Positions 1-12,143 of a DNA stretch of 64,000 nucleotides are shown piece after piece. Below the pieces are notes generated by a model. The model did no database searches, was not told the DNA's origin, and saw only the letters and a list, made by a program, of their open reading frames with translations. The stretch's first letter is position 1; the number at the start of each line of letters is the position of its first letter. The DNA lies in contig NC_043017.1 in the NCBI RefSeq assembly GCF_006345805.1, positions 2,914,001 to 2,978,000 of the forward strand, given 5' to 3'. This DNA comes from Octopus sinensis. Lineage: Eukaryota. A program made the translations under genes and the position numbers.

Positions 1-108
1 ATATATATATTTATACACATGTATATACATTTATATATATATCTTATCTGAATGTATGCATGCATATATATATATATATATATTCAGAGACATATACTAT
101 TTATATAT

Positions 109-171
<63 letters not shown>

Positions 172-224
172 AATACATATATACATATATATATTTATAC
201 AAATATATTTGTATGCGGATATCT

Positions 225-260
<36 letters not shown>

Positions 261-417
261 GTACATATGCATAAATATATATATGAGATATATATTCAAA
301 GAGACACACGCACAACATATGTATAATTACGTAGGTTTCTTCTTTCGTCGCATATACACACTTCTGCCTGCGTGTTTGTGAGTAAATGTGTTTGAGAGGA
401 AGAGTAAGCGAGCGAAT

Positions 418-467
<50 letters not shown>

Positions 468-988
468 TGGAGGAAGACAATGGGTGGGAAAGACACACAG
501 AAAAGAAGAACAGTAAAAGAGATGGAAAGATAGTTGGAAGAGAAAAAGAGAAGATGAAATGCTGCTCTCGAAAAGCCCTCCAATTTCACTTGACATTGAA
601 TCATTAATTAATTTCTGACACCTTTAGTCTTGAGAAGAGGATGAATCTTAGCATAATAATGCATTAATAGTCTTGAAAGTAATTTCCAACGCACCAATTA
701 ATTAAGAAAAATGAGTAAATGAAATTAATTTATCAGAGGAACATTTCACGGCATGTATGAGAAGGCAACATCTTCCTTGGAATATAATCGATAAATAAAT
801 ACAACGAGACGAAGAATTACTACAAAAAGCAGTAACAAAATTGAAGGAAATTAAAAACAACCTATGGTTATGTTCTTTTATAGCTTTTATTTATTCTTAT
901 TTTTATTTCTTCACACTTCTTTTACGCTTTCGTTTATAGATACATATAGACATACGTTCACACCGACGCAAGCGCACACACAAATATC

Positions 989-1082
<94 letters not shown>

Positions 1083-1934
1083 CAAGTGTGTATGTGCGTG
1101 TATGTATGTGTATATGTGTTTAAAGATGCATGTAAGACGCGTGTAAACTTCGCAAAATTGAGCAAATTAAAGCTAATTCTAATGTAGATAATACAACGTA
1201 ATTTAAACACCATTAATTATATATTCTTCACAGCAATTTCGAATTCAATTTCAGTTATTCTGTTCGCTCTTATTAAGACGCTGACTTCATTAAACATCTT
1301 GGCAGCGTTCGGTTAAGGACAAGTCATGACACCCACACATACAATAAATTAATTTTGATATTAGGCTAAAATTAAATTATTAAAAACTAAAATTATAAGA
1401 TGGTCGTTTTTATACTTTCTTTCATTTTTGTTTAGAGTATTTTTTTTCTTTTTCGTTTTATTTTTCTTTTATTTAATTTTACATCTAGATTAAATTTTTC
1501 TCCTTTGTCGTCTTTAGCATTTTAATACGATTAGCTTCGAGAAAAATCTTCAAATATAGAAGAATGAAATTTCCTTTCGTTATAAGAAGAGGGTCGTATC
1601 ATGAAAAGATTGATTATTTTTTTTTAATATTCTGTATTTAAATTTGGAAGAACGTTAGTTGAGTCATAATTCGTTCGAGTCACATTATGAGTCTGTGGAT
1701 AAGGAATGACTCAGAATAACAGTAGATGGTTTCGTTCTAAGTCGTCAGCGACATCACGGTAATCTACTTCTGGATAACACACGGAACCTCCACGTTGCCG
1801 CTAGACCTGAAAGACAGAACAGCTAAATATTCCTCTTTCATTTTGCTAAATAATACATTAAATAATCAAGTCTGTAGTAGAAACACTATGACTGAAAGAC
1901 TAGGAAGTGATGGCCGTAAATGGAATAACTCTGA

Positions 1935-2440
1935 TCACTAATGTGTTCCTTCAGGACAGACCTTGTGCTAACCAAATCAACATCAAGAACAGCATCGGAT
2001 TGTGGAACAACTAAAAGATTCTGTAAGGTATTTGTTTTCCTAAAAGAAACAGCCAAATGTCCCTCAAATTCATTGTTTAGCAGGTTAAACCAGAACACAT
2101 TTCATATTGTAAATTCAGTCCACTATATCTGGGGGAATAACTCAAGGTATGGTCGTAATAGATACGCCTTTGACAACTGGCCTTCTCGCTTTCTGCTGAC
2201 CTAAACACAGGTGAAATCTGAATGATATCAACATGCAATGCTCAGGATATGGTCATGGCCGGAGTACCTTTCATTATAGATCAGATTTGTCAGTGTTACA
2301 TGTAGATAAACAACAACATGAAGAAGAAAACCAGACTATACAGGAATTCTCCACCATACGGTGCTGTGTACAGTAACTAAACGGAACCTGGTGTATGTAA
2401 AACCATAGACCTGTACATTGTTTGGATAACAGCATGAATA
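1935..2440 (+). mobile_element. Highly decayed non-LTR retrotransposon (RTE/CR1-like) reverse transcriptase fragment
   Basis: Frame-broken translations SFRTDLVLTKST, HIVNSVHYIWG and KKTRLYRN loosely follow the order of the LINE RT C-terminal motifs FADDLVL, EIVDxFKYLG and KTKxRLY. Similarity judged by eye only. Confidence 0.3.
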
Positions 2441-2499
2441 CAACTCCCTTTTCTCTATCTCTCTCCATCCCCCCTCTCTCTCTCTCTCTTTCTCTCTCT

Positions 2500-2682
2500 C
2501 AGGAATGGAGGTAAGTTGATTACATCGATCCCAATGCTCAAATGATGCTTTTTTTTTAACGACCTCGTAAAGTAAAATGCAAAGTCCATTTCAGCAGAAT
2601 TTGAACTCAGAACACAAAGATGCACGAAATGCAGAAAATAATTCTACCTGACATGCTACCGATTCTGCCAGTTTGCAGTCTT
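2500..2682 (-). mobile_element. Degenerate SINE, family B
   Basis: Contains gaatttgaactcagaac and gattctgccag, diverged versions of the family B minus-strand motifs. Confidence 0.6.
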
Positions 2683-2687
2683 CGCTG

Positions 2688-2849
2688 TTACTTTTTGTTT
2701 CAGTCATTTGACAGCGGCGATGCTGAAACACCGCCTTTGGTCGGCCCGAGGCTATTGTAGAAAACACTTGCCCAGGTGCCACGCAGTGGGACTGAACCTG
2801 GAACTATGTGGTTTGTAAGCAAGCTACTTACCACACAGCAACTCCTACG

Positions 2850-2853
<4 letters not shown>
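2688..2853 (-). mobile_element. tRNA-derived SINE, family A, internally deleted copy
   Basis: The reverse complement has the family A head (taggcgtaggagttgctgtgtggtaag) joined directly to the tail (gcggtg...gcatcgccgc...aaatgactgaaac). The middle seen in the full copies at 4556 and 49625 is missing. Confidence 0.8.
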
Positions 2854-2902
<49 letters not shown>

Positions 2903-4555
2903 ATAATTATGTATAGCTATATGCTTGAATGCAATTCATGCATATAATTTATTCACGTGTACGTACAATGTGCGTATATATTTAGTATTTAATAATAGTA
3001 AGCAAAATACTCCGTGTAACAAGCATGCGGAATCAATGAAAGTACAATGTATTCAATAATTTTCACCAAACTGCTTCCTCTCCACACAAACATCTAACAC
3101 GTTTGTGCTTAAGACGTAGCAAGATTTGGATCTCAGCCTATGCCAATTAAATGTTATAGATTTTCTTGTATATACACACACACACTCATTTGAATAAGAA
3201 AGTGAAAGTAAATGATGGAGATTTAACGTTTCTATCTTTATTAGCTATTATAGAGAAACGTAATGAAAGAAGAAATAGGTGGAAGGACGAAAACTTCAGG
3301 ATTGCAAACGGACAGGTATATGTGAAGACTGACATTAAGGAAGATTGGAAGTGAAGCAATCATATAGGTAGATGTAGGAGACAGCCGGATAAATTGGCAA
3401 GAAATATTTGGTCTAAGCTAATTGTAACATAGACTTAGGGAATTCATAATTTCAAGTTGGAGGATGATTGGATCTTGAAGATAGTAGGGATTATTCCTTA
3501 GAGATAAGGGAATTAGCTTTTAGCGGTATTGTGTTATTATTTTTCGTGGTAAAGAAATAAAGTGTGCACATATGTGTTTGTGTGTTCGTGTGTGAATATG
3601 TATGTATATATGTATGTGTTTGATATTTGTCATATGATGATGTCGATCAGCAGCTAATTTCGTGTAATATTTCCAGTGAAATATTTCTATAAAATAACAA
3701 GAAATGAATTATAAAGAACCTTTTCAACAGGGACAATTTGGCAACACTATTTTCTATATTACATATGAACATTTCAGTTAATAGTTTTCTGTTTTACTGC
3801 GTTAAAGAGATAATTTAAGGTAAGAAAGAAAGAATGTATCTTCCACTTATTTGCTCTTGGTTATTAGAAAACATACAAATCCTAGAAATGAAAATATCTA
3901 ACCGCTGGATGTAATTACACAGCGCAAGTTGTCATTAATAACTTACTAGATAATATCAAATTTGTTGTATTTAATTAGCTTCAGGTGAAGCCTGATCGAC
4001 CAGACACACGATCAAACGCATTCCAAATATAATCGTTCTTTCTCTTTAGACAAAGTCAAAAGTGTTAAGATATTCAATGTAGCGATCATCAAGTACCTTA
4101 ATACACATGCAATAAGGTACGTACACCACGAGATCAATGAATCATATTATCATAAGGCTTTCAGTAAGTATGTGACAGAACTCTGTACGTACGTACTTTG
4201 TCATACTTGCAAAGGGTAAAAGAATATTAGCTCAAAAAAATTCATTAGCTTAATTGCTTCGGATGTAATTTAGCTCACTCTACATATTTCCTCTTTCTTG
4301 TATCTCGACTCTGATTGGAGACAGATTCGGTTGCTTATTCTTCCTTGTGCAATACCGTCTCCACTTTTTAACTCACAAGGGGGCGTTGTGTGTGATATTT
4401 GACACTTCTTTATAACTCAAGCAATGTTTTTTTTTCTGCTCAACCAATAATTTCAGCGTGGTCATACGTGAACTTGACCTGCTAGAAATAATAGACAATT
4501 TTCCATCAAATCGCTCTCCCATCATCGGCAAGTATAAAGAAAAATACAACAGATA

Positions 4556-4960
4556 TAAGTGCAGGTGTTGCTGTGTGGTAAGTAGCTTGCTTACCAACCA
4601 CATGGTTCCGGGTTCAGTCCCGTTGCGTGGCACCTTGGGCAAGTGTCTTCTACTATAGCGTCGGGCCGACCAAAGAATTGTGAGTGGCTTTGGTAGACGG
4701 AAACTGAAAAAAGCCCGTCGTATATATGTATATATATGTATGTATATGTTTATGTGCCTGTGTTTTCCCCCCCAACATCGCTTGACAAGCGCTGTTAGTG
4801 TATTTACGTCCCCGTAACTTAGCGGTTCGCAAAAAAAGAACCCGATAGAATAAGTACAAGGCTTCCAAAGAATAAGTCCTGTGGTCGATTTGCTCAACTC
4901 AAGGCGGTGCTCCAGCATGGCTGTAGTCAAATGACTGAAACAAGTAAAAGAGGAAAAGAG
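4556..4960 (+). mobile_element. tRNA-derived SINE, family A, near full length
   Basis: A/B-box-like head (gctgtgtggtaag...ggttcagtccc), internal (TA)/(TG) tract and tail gactgaaacaagtaaaagag. Collinear with the copies at 41905 and 49625. Confidence 0.9.
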
Positions 4961-5514
4961 TAGATTAAGTAGTTTCTGAACTACAAACATATAAGATGAT
5001 CATGAGATGATACCTTTAACCAAATGTTTGTTCGATCAGTTATGAAAGTAAACGTTACATGACTTGTCTGAGAGATCTTTCAAAGTATTTGAAGAAATTT
5101 AATCTGAAAATATACAGCAGGGAGGTATGGTAATGTACGTAACACCTAAACCTAAGTAAGGTCGCATCTATACGGAAAGGAAGTTGGCCTATTTATATCC
5201 CGCTGTGTTCCAGGTTCGCTCTCATTTCACGGTTTCCTATGAAAGCGCTTTCGGTGATAGTCCCAGATTTTACCAAGTTTTGTCATTGTAATTAGCCAGA
5301 TGTCTAACAGGGAGAATGTAATGATGTCCAGTAGACTGCGGTTTTAATTGTAATCGAGTGGTCACCATGGTACGTCTCCCAGCTTAGCACAATCCCCTAT
5401 CCCTGTGTTGCCAGACGTTGGGCCAGATATCCGATACTGTAGTAGTCCATAGATATAAGGGACCCTGTATAAAATAAAATCTAGATTTATTCCTCTGAAG
5501 ATACATTGTGTAGA

Positions 5515-5590
5515 CCTGTGGTTCCCAAAGTGGGCGATATTGCCCACTTAGGGGTATGATATTGGGGGTAGCCACAATGGGGTGATAGAT
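5515..5590. mobile_element. Possible hAT-type DNA transposon end
   Basis: ctgtggttcccaaagtgggcg resembles the CAGTGGTTCCCAAA termini of hAT/Charlie elements. No partner TIR was found. Confidence 0.3.
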
Positions 5591-5667
5591 GTAAAACAAA
5601 TACCTACATACATACATAATACATACATACATACATACATACATACATACATACATACATACATACA

Positions 5668-6058
5668 TACAAGAGGCAGTGTGTCGAGTTTTTACTTCAC
5701 AAATTGTTCAGTTTATGTCTATGTGATCAGTCGTATGCTGTAGTCTGGGCTTTCGTCATCGACAGGAAGTTGGGACAAAGAGCCAACGTAAAATTTTGTG
5801 TTAAACGTCGGAAATCTGCTACAGAGACATTGAACATGCGTCGACGAGTCAATGCGTCGTACGCAATGTTTCGGTTAGAATGGACGCTCCAAAAGGAGAA
5901 GAACGTCCCTTAAAGGCGATGGGTGATCAGGAAGACCTGCCATGACCGTCACCCCCGGAGATGTGGAGAATATCTATCAGCTTTTGGATGGTGATCGTCA
6001 GAGGACAATCAACAATATTTCTGATGTTGTTGGTCAGTCGTATGGGTCCGTGCATATC
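5668..6058 (+). mobile_element. Mariner transposase 5' fragment (HTH region), pseudogenised
   Basis: Frameshifted translations QRANVKFCVKRRKSATETLNM, GDQEDLP/SGRP-like, and QLLDGDRQRTINNISDVVGQSYGSVH match the mariner N-terminal DNA-binding domain. Confidence 0.8.
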
Positions 6059-6638
6059 GGACCAGTATCTTCCAGTGGAAAACTGGATAATAGCAACAAG
6101 TTGTTTTAGGCCATAGGTGAGAATAAAGATCTCTTACTGCGAATAAGAAGTTCGTTTTATAAGATCATGATGCCGGATTCGATCACCTTACAAATAATCT
6201 TGGAGGGTGTAGTTTGCATACACTTCAGACCAACCCAAGCGTGTGTGTGAAATACAGCTCATCAGCCGAATTATGGTTGAAAGTCAAAGATACAGACTTG
6301 TTATACAGCGTCGCAAGGATCGTGTCCACCGAATGATCGGTCAACTACACGGTCATTGAACTAGTTTCGTATTTCTGTTGATCAGACCATTGAGTAGTGA
6401 TCGTAGAAACCAACGTATATTCCAAAACTTTACACACACCCTACACACACAATCACACATACACACACACAAACACACACAAAACACACGCACGCACGCA
6501 GGCAGATGCACCCAGAGGCATACTCAACTACATATTTACTGAAAGTTCCACATCTCTTCATTCAAGGAAGCATATGTTTGTGTGTGTGTGTCTGCGTGTG
6601 ACAGTGTATGCGTGTTTGTGTGTGTATGTGTGTGTATC

Positions 6639-6684
<46 letters not shown>

Positions 6685-6939
6685 TGCGTGTGTACAATTC
6701 TAAAGGGAAGAAACTATTGAATTAAAACGTCTACTGGCCATATATAACATTTGAAATAAAATGAGTGGAGAATATGTTAAGTGAAACAGAAAATAAAAAT
6801 AAAAGAAAATTAAAAAAAAAACAGTGATAGGTGGGTGGATGGGAAAAAATTATTATATAAGAAGATATAATTTGAATGGAAAGGAAACAAGAAAATAACA
6901 TCAGCATCGACACAAGTATTGTATATTCCCAAAGATGAA

Positions 6940-7264
6940 GGTGACGACGATAACGACCACCACGGCGAACGCGACAACGACTGCAACCACGATCGCGACG
7001 ACGGTGATGATGATGATGATGATGATGATGGTGGTGGTAGTGGTGGTGGTAGCATTGGTGGTGGTGATGATGATGATGATGATCATCATGATCATGATGT
7101 TGATGATGATGGTGGTGGTGGTGCTGATGTTGATGTTGATGATGATGATGTTGATGATGATGGTGATGACGACGACGACGAGGACAGCATCACGACCACC
7201 ACACCACTACTACCACAACTACTACTACCACCACCACCACCACCTCCACCGCCATCACCACTAC

Positions 7265-7341
<77 letters not shown>

Positions 7342-7390
7342 GCCATAACAGCAACAGCAACAACATCAACACTAGCCATCATAAATCTTG
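6940..7390. repeat. Compound trinucleotide microsatellite (GAT/GGT/GAC/ACC/AAT)
   Basis: Seen directly. It explains the poly-D/G/P/N ORFs in the track. Confidence 0.95.
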
Positions 7391-8290
7391 TAGAATCAAG
7401 AATAATTTTGTAAAAACGAAAGCCAAAATAAGTAAATAAATACGAAAGAAACAACAAGGAAGAAAAAAAGAAAGGAAAATGAAAAGATAGACGTTTACAA
7501 TTATATTAAACTAAAAACAAATTGATGGGAAATTAAAATTGGCCAATATTTTAAATGAAATATGATCGATGGTGTCCAAATAGAATATAAGATATAAAGT
7601 CAGGAAGTGGAGAAGAAGCTCAAATTTGAGCGTCAGTTGCGTTTGACGTGATCCATCTGGGATTAGCAAGAGATGATTGCAATCGCAACAGAAGTAGAGG
7701 AAATACGTTATAGCCTTTCCAATTATATTGCACACTTTGTTAGAAGAAGTAAGGGAAAACGACGGGAGAGAGGCGAGATGGATAGAAGCGATTGTCGGCC
7801 ATTTTTGAGAAAGCAGAAATTATGATTAAAATCACGTGGAAGAAGAATCAATTTGAAAGAAACGAACCATTGTTACACAAATCGAAATGTCGGAATGGTG
7901 CTGTGTTTGTAGGTGTGTGTTTGGTGCGTGTGTGAGTTTATGTGTAAGTGCGTGTGCGGCCGCGTAAGTGCGTGTGCGGCCGTGTAAGTGTGTGTGTGTG
8001 TGTAAGTTCGAACGGTTGCACAAGAAGGAATAGTGAACACTTCCTTCGTCATACAGTTACATGTACACAGACACACACGCAATACATAGTGTTATATAAG
8101 TACATTGATATTTATAGTGACTAGTCTATATATATACATACACAAAACAACACACGCATGTGAGAGTGTTTGTGTGTGCGTACATGTGTGTATGTATGTA
8201 TGTTTAGAGATGTCGGGAGAATAATATATAGAGAGATCGATATTAGCTGTCAGGTTTCTTTGACTACTGTAGAGAAAGATAAAGTATACA

Positions 8291-8324
<34 letters not shown>

Positions 8325-8468
8325 CACAGATATACATGTATATATATGCATGCATAAATATGTATATGTATCTATGTATCTATCTACATCTCTATTATAT
8401 CTATATATCTATATGTGTGTGTGTGTATGTGTGTGTATGTGTGTGTCTGTGTGTGTGTGTAAAGTTTC

Positions 8469-8834
8469 TTTGCCACTTAAATGTGGCTAACCACTATGGG
8501 TGGATGCTACTGTAGCTTGTAGCCCCAGGAGAACATCTTCTCCAGCTGGCTATTGACACACTTTCTGTGCCCTATCAGTATTTGGACTCCTTCACTGATT
8601 AGGACCCCTTCGCATCGAAGACCGGTGATTGTCGTGCGCGGATGACGGGTAAATACCCAGAAACCCGGGTCCGTGCGTATCACATCATTTCGACAATGAG
8701 AAGGATGGCTTCCCTTTGCAAATACTGATAGGACACAGAAAGTGTGTCAATAGCCAGCTGGAGAAGATGTTCTCCTGGGGCTACAAGCTACAGTAGCGTC
8801 CGCCCTTAGTGGTTAGCCACATTTAAGTGGCAAA
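8469..8834. mobile_element. Foldback/MITE-like element with 116-bp inverted arms
   Basis: Arm 8469-8584 (tttgccacttaaatgtggct...cctatcagtatttg) is the reverse complement of 8719-8834, with 4 mismatches counted by eye. No clear TSD. Confidence 0.85.
8633..8677 (+). ncRNA. Minimal type I hammerhead ribozyme motif, core variant CGGAUGA
   Basis: cgtgcg-CGGATGA-c-gggt(aaat)accc-a-GAAAC-ccgg-GTC-cgtgcg. Stems I and II pair, stem III has a palindromic CCGG loop and a GUC cleavage triplet, and U4 is replaced by G. Confidence 0.6.
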
Positions 8835-8890
8835 TATACTCCACATCGTCTTGCAGCTACTGTCTATACCTCGTTCAGAGATTCATATAA

Positions 8891-8925
<35 letters not shown>

Positions 8926-8949
8926 AGCATCTATACGTACATACATACA

Positions 8950-9014
<65 letters not shown>

Positions 9015-9017
<3 letters not shown>

Positions 9018-9098
9018 CGATGATGATGTTGATGATAATGATGACGACGACGATGATGACGGTGACGGTGATGCTAATGCGAAAGTTGTAGTTGTTAT

Positions 9099-9136
<38 letters not shown>

Positions 9137-9280
9137 GTGGTGATGATGATGACGACGAGGATGATGATGGTGGAGGTGGTGGTGGTGGTGGTGGTGGTGG
9201 CGGTGGAGGTGGTGGTGGTGGTGGTGGTGGTGGTGGTGGTGGTGGTGGTGGTGGAGGTGGTGGTGCTGCTGCTGCTGAGA
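9015..9280. repeat. (GAT)n/(GGT)n microsatellite
   Basis: Seen directly. Confidence 0.95.
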
Positions 9281-9421
9281 AGCAGATTCCCATTATTCTG
9301 AGTGAAGAGTTGCAACTCTGGTGGCCCAGTAGGTGAGGGTATTTAGAAGTAGTAACATAACACACAGGCAAAGGTTTCCAATTTCTGCCAGGAATCACAG
9401 AGTGGTCTTACTAAATATATA

Positions 9422-9625
9422 AGGCGTTGAGCTGGCAGAATCCTTTAGCATGCCGGGCGAAATGCTTTGTGGCATTTCATCCGCCGCTGCGTTCTGAGTT
9501 CAAATTCCGCCGCAGTCGACTTTGCCTTTCATCATTTCGGAGTCGATAAATTAAGCACCAGTGAAACCCCGGGATCGATATAATCGACTAGTACCCTTCC
9601 ACTAAAATTCAGGCATTTTCCCTTT
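9422..9625 (+). mobile_element. SINE family B
   Basis: Head gagctggcagaatc, B-box-like gagttcaaattcc and core gactttgcctttcatc...gtcgataaattaag. Confidence 0.85.
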
Positions 9626-10074
9626 ACTAAAAAGGATTATTTTGAGCGAAGAGACAAAGACAAGGATGAGAATGATGGTGGCAGTGAATTCCTTGGTTTG
9701 AGAGAACAATGCCGAGTAAGCATTCAGTCATTTGATCCGAACTGAAGGTATTACTGGGACCTAACATAATATCTCCGATAATCCTCCTCAGATTTCCTGA
9801 ATAAGAATTCAATAGCATCAGAATTATTATCATTATTCTTATTACGTTTAAGCCTGTGTTTTTCTCAGTAATTGAAGTTCTGTCTTTCTATTATCATCTT
9901 TGCTAAACCAATTCTCTACAGATAATTCCTCGGGTATTTTACATTTCGTTTCGAATCAATAATTAAATAAATAAAGAATGCTATGAATGAAAAGTAAGAA
10001 AATTTAATTTCAAGCATGATTTGCAAAGACTCAAATTAATGCAAAGAGTTAATTCTGTGTGATGTCGTTGCTGA

Positions 10075-10145
10075 GGTTATTGTTGTTGTTGTGGTTGTCA
10101 TTATTGTAGTTGTTGCTGTTGTTGTAGTTAGTATTATTATTGTTG

Positions 10146-10209
<64 letters not shown>

Positions 10210-10460
10210 AAGTTGTTGTTGTTATTATTAGTATTATTATTGTTGTTGTTCTTGTTAGTATTATTATTATTATTATTATTATATTATTATTATTACTATT
10301 AGTATTATTATTGTTATTATTATTGCTGTTGATATTATTGTTATTATTATTATTATTATTGTTATTATAATTATTATGATTATTATTTTTATTGTTATTA
10401 TTTTTTTTGTTATTATTGTTGTTGTTGTTGTTATTATGATTATTATTATTATTATTATTT
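10075..10460. repeat. (ATT)n/(GTT)n microsatellite
   Basis: Seen directly. Confidence 0.95.
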
Positions 10461-11031
10461 GGTATTTTGTTTCTCCTTCTGAATAATCATTATCCGAACT
10501 AACCACGAGGTGAGATGAGAGAACATTTCTGATAAACACAGGAGTTTGAATTAAACTTTAATAAAAAGAAAGAAGAAAAATAGCTTGTAAGTTATAAGAT
10601 GAAACGAAATAACGAGTTTGACGACACCGAGGGAAAGAGGGAGAAGAAAAAATACCATAAAACTCTAATGGTAAAGAAAAAAAACCATATACACACATAT
10701 ACACACACGTATGCATACACACATAGACTTACATACACATACACACATATATAAATCTTTACACAAAAGCACATAGACACAGACACACACATATATATAT
10801 GTATATGTGTGTGTCTGCGCGTATATGTATGTACATGTATGTATGTATATGTACAAGAAATTAACACGAATCATTTTGAAATGTCAATGAAAAACGAAAA
10901 ACATAAAAAACTAAAGAAATGTATTTAATTAATTAAATTAATTAAATTACTAATTTTCTAATGGCATTTACTTCAAATTATTATTTGAGTGTCTTCTTTT
11001 ATGTTTGTTTGTTTGTTTATTATTATTATTA

Positions 11032-11087
<56 letters not shown>

Positions 11088-11544
11088 TTCTGTCATGATA
11101 TAAATACGATGAGTTGCGAGGCAAGAAAATATCAAAGAAAGAAAATATAAAAAAGAAAAACAAAATGGCATCATACAGAAAATGATTATTTGTTGTTGAG
11201 CTTCAAATCAGCCCTTACCAATGTAGCCTATGATTAGAGGCCTTCTAGCCATGGCTCTCCTGTCTACTCAGACATTTTGTAACAATCAGACTAGGAATTA
11301 CATGAAAATTTACTGATCATTGTATCCGTTCATGTTTCGAAATACATTCCAATTTCAATATGGCAACGATACGAATCGAACCGATGTTGTCTGGATATGA
11401 ACAGTGTTTCTCCACCTTTGGTCTGCGTCCGAAGATATGAGGAATTATACATCTTAAGGGATTATACATCTTAACGGGACTATTAATGTCAAGATGCAGC
11501 CCGTTTAATAGTTATTCTTTTCTGCTCTAGGCTCAAGGTTCGAA

Positions 11545-11702
11545 ATTTTTTGGAAGGAGGCTAGTCGATTAGATGGGCTTCAGTACACAACTGGTACTTA
11601 ATTTTACGATCCAGAAAGAATAAAAGGCAAAGTCGACCTTGGCGGAATTTGAACTCAGAAAATAAATATCAGACGAAATACTGCTGAGCATTTCGACCGG
11701 CG
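11545..11702 (-). mobile_element. SINE family B, older partial copy
   Basis: aaaggcaaagtcgaccttggcggaatttgaactcag. Confidence 0.75.
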
Positions 11703-11775
11703 AACCATTGTTTGTTGATCATAGGCAGGCAATTTAATCTGGTCGTGTGCATACGTGCAGATATATGTATGTAGA

Positions 11776-12006
11776 GGCGGCGAGCTGGCAGAAACGTTAG
11801 CACGCCGGGCGAAATGCTTAGCGGTATTTCGTCTGCCGTTACGTTGTGAGTTCAAATTCCGCCGAGGTCGACTTTGCCTTTCATCCTTTCGGGGTCGATA
11901 AATTAAGTACCAGTTACGCACTGGGGTCGATGTAATCGACTTAATAGCTATGTCTGTCCTTGTTTGTCCTCTCTGTGTTTAGCCCCTTGTGGGTAATAAA
12001 GAAATA
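11776..12006 (+). mobile_element. SINE family B, full length
   Basis: Runs from ggcggcgagctggcagaaacg to gccccttgtgggtaataaagaaata and is near-identical to the copies at 20255, 24063 and 40143. Confidence 0.92.
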
Positions 12007-12088
12007 GATATATGTATGTATACATTCGTATATGTAAGTATTCGTATATCATATATATATATCTGTATTTATGTGCTCTCTGAGTATA

Positions 12089-12143
12089 TTCCACTGATGA
12101 AAACAGCATTTCTTATGCAGAGTCAGAAATCCGGGATCTGAAG
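12089..12143 (+). ncRNA. Decayed type I hammerhead motif
   Basis: ttcca-CTGATGA-(gcat/atgc hairpin)-a-GAAAT-ccggg-ATC-tgaag. The core is intact, but stem II is offset and stem I has a mismatch. Confidence 0.4.

Noticed and set aside
52-607. Long ORFs rich in YI/HT/RE repeats here and throughout the ORF track
   Set aside because: They are translations of (TA)n, (CA)n, (TACA)n and (GA)n microsatellites, which lack stops in several frames.
1715-1750. CTGACGA...GAAAC on the minus strand
   Set aside because: No stem II, and no stem I/III compatible with a cleavage triplet.
6376-6425. ctgttga...gaaaccaacgta hammerhead-like string
   Set aside because: A6 is missing and stem I does not pair.
6901-7457. 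Poly-D/G/P/N ORFs resembling low-complexity proteins (also 8875-9398 and 47259-47767)
   Set aside because: Pure trinucleotide repeats, open on both strands, with no splice or domain context.
9630-9720. Plus-strand frame ...ERRDKDKDENDGGSEFLGLREQCR ending at a GTAAGC donor
   Set aside because: The only acceptor lies in the tail of a SINE, and no homology is recognised.
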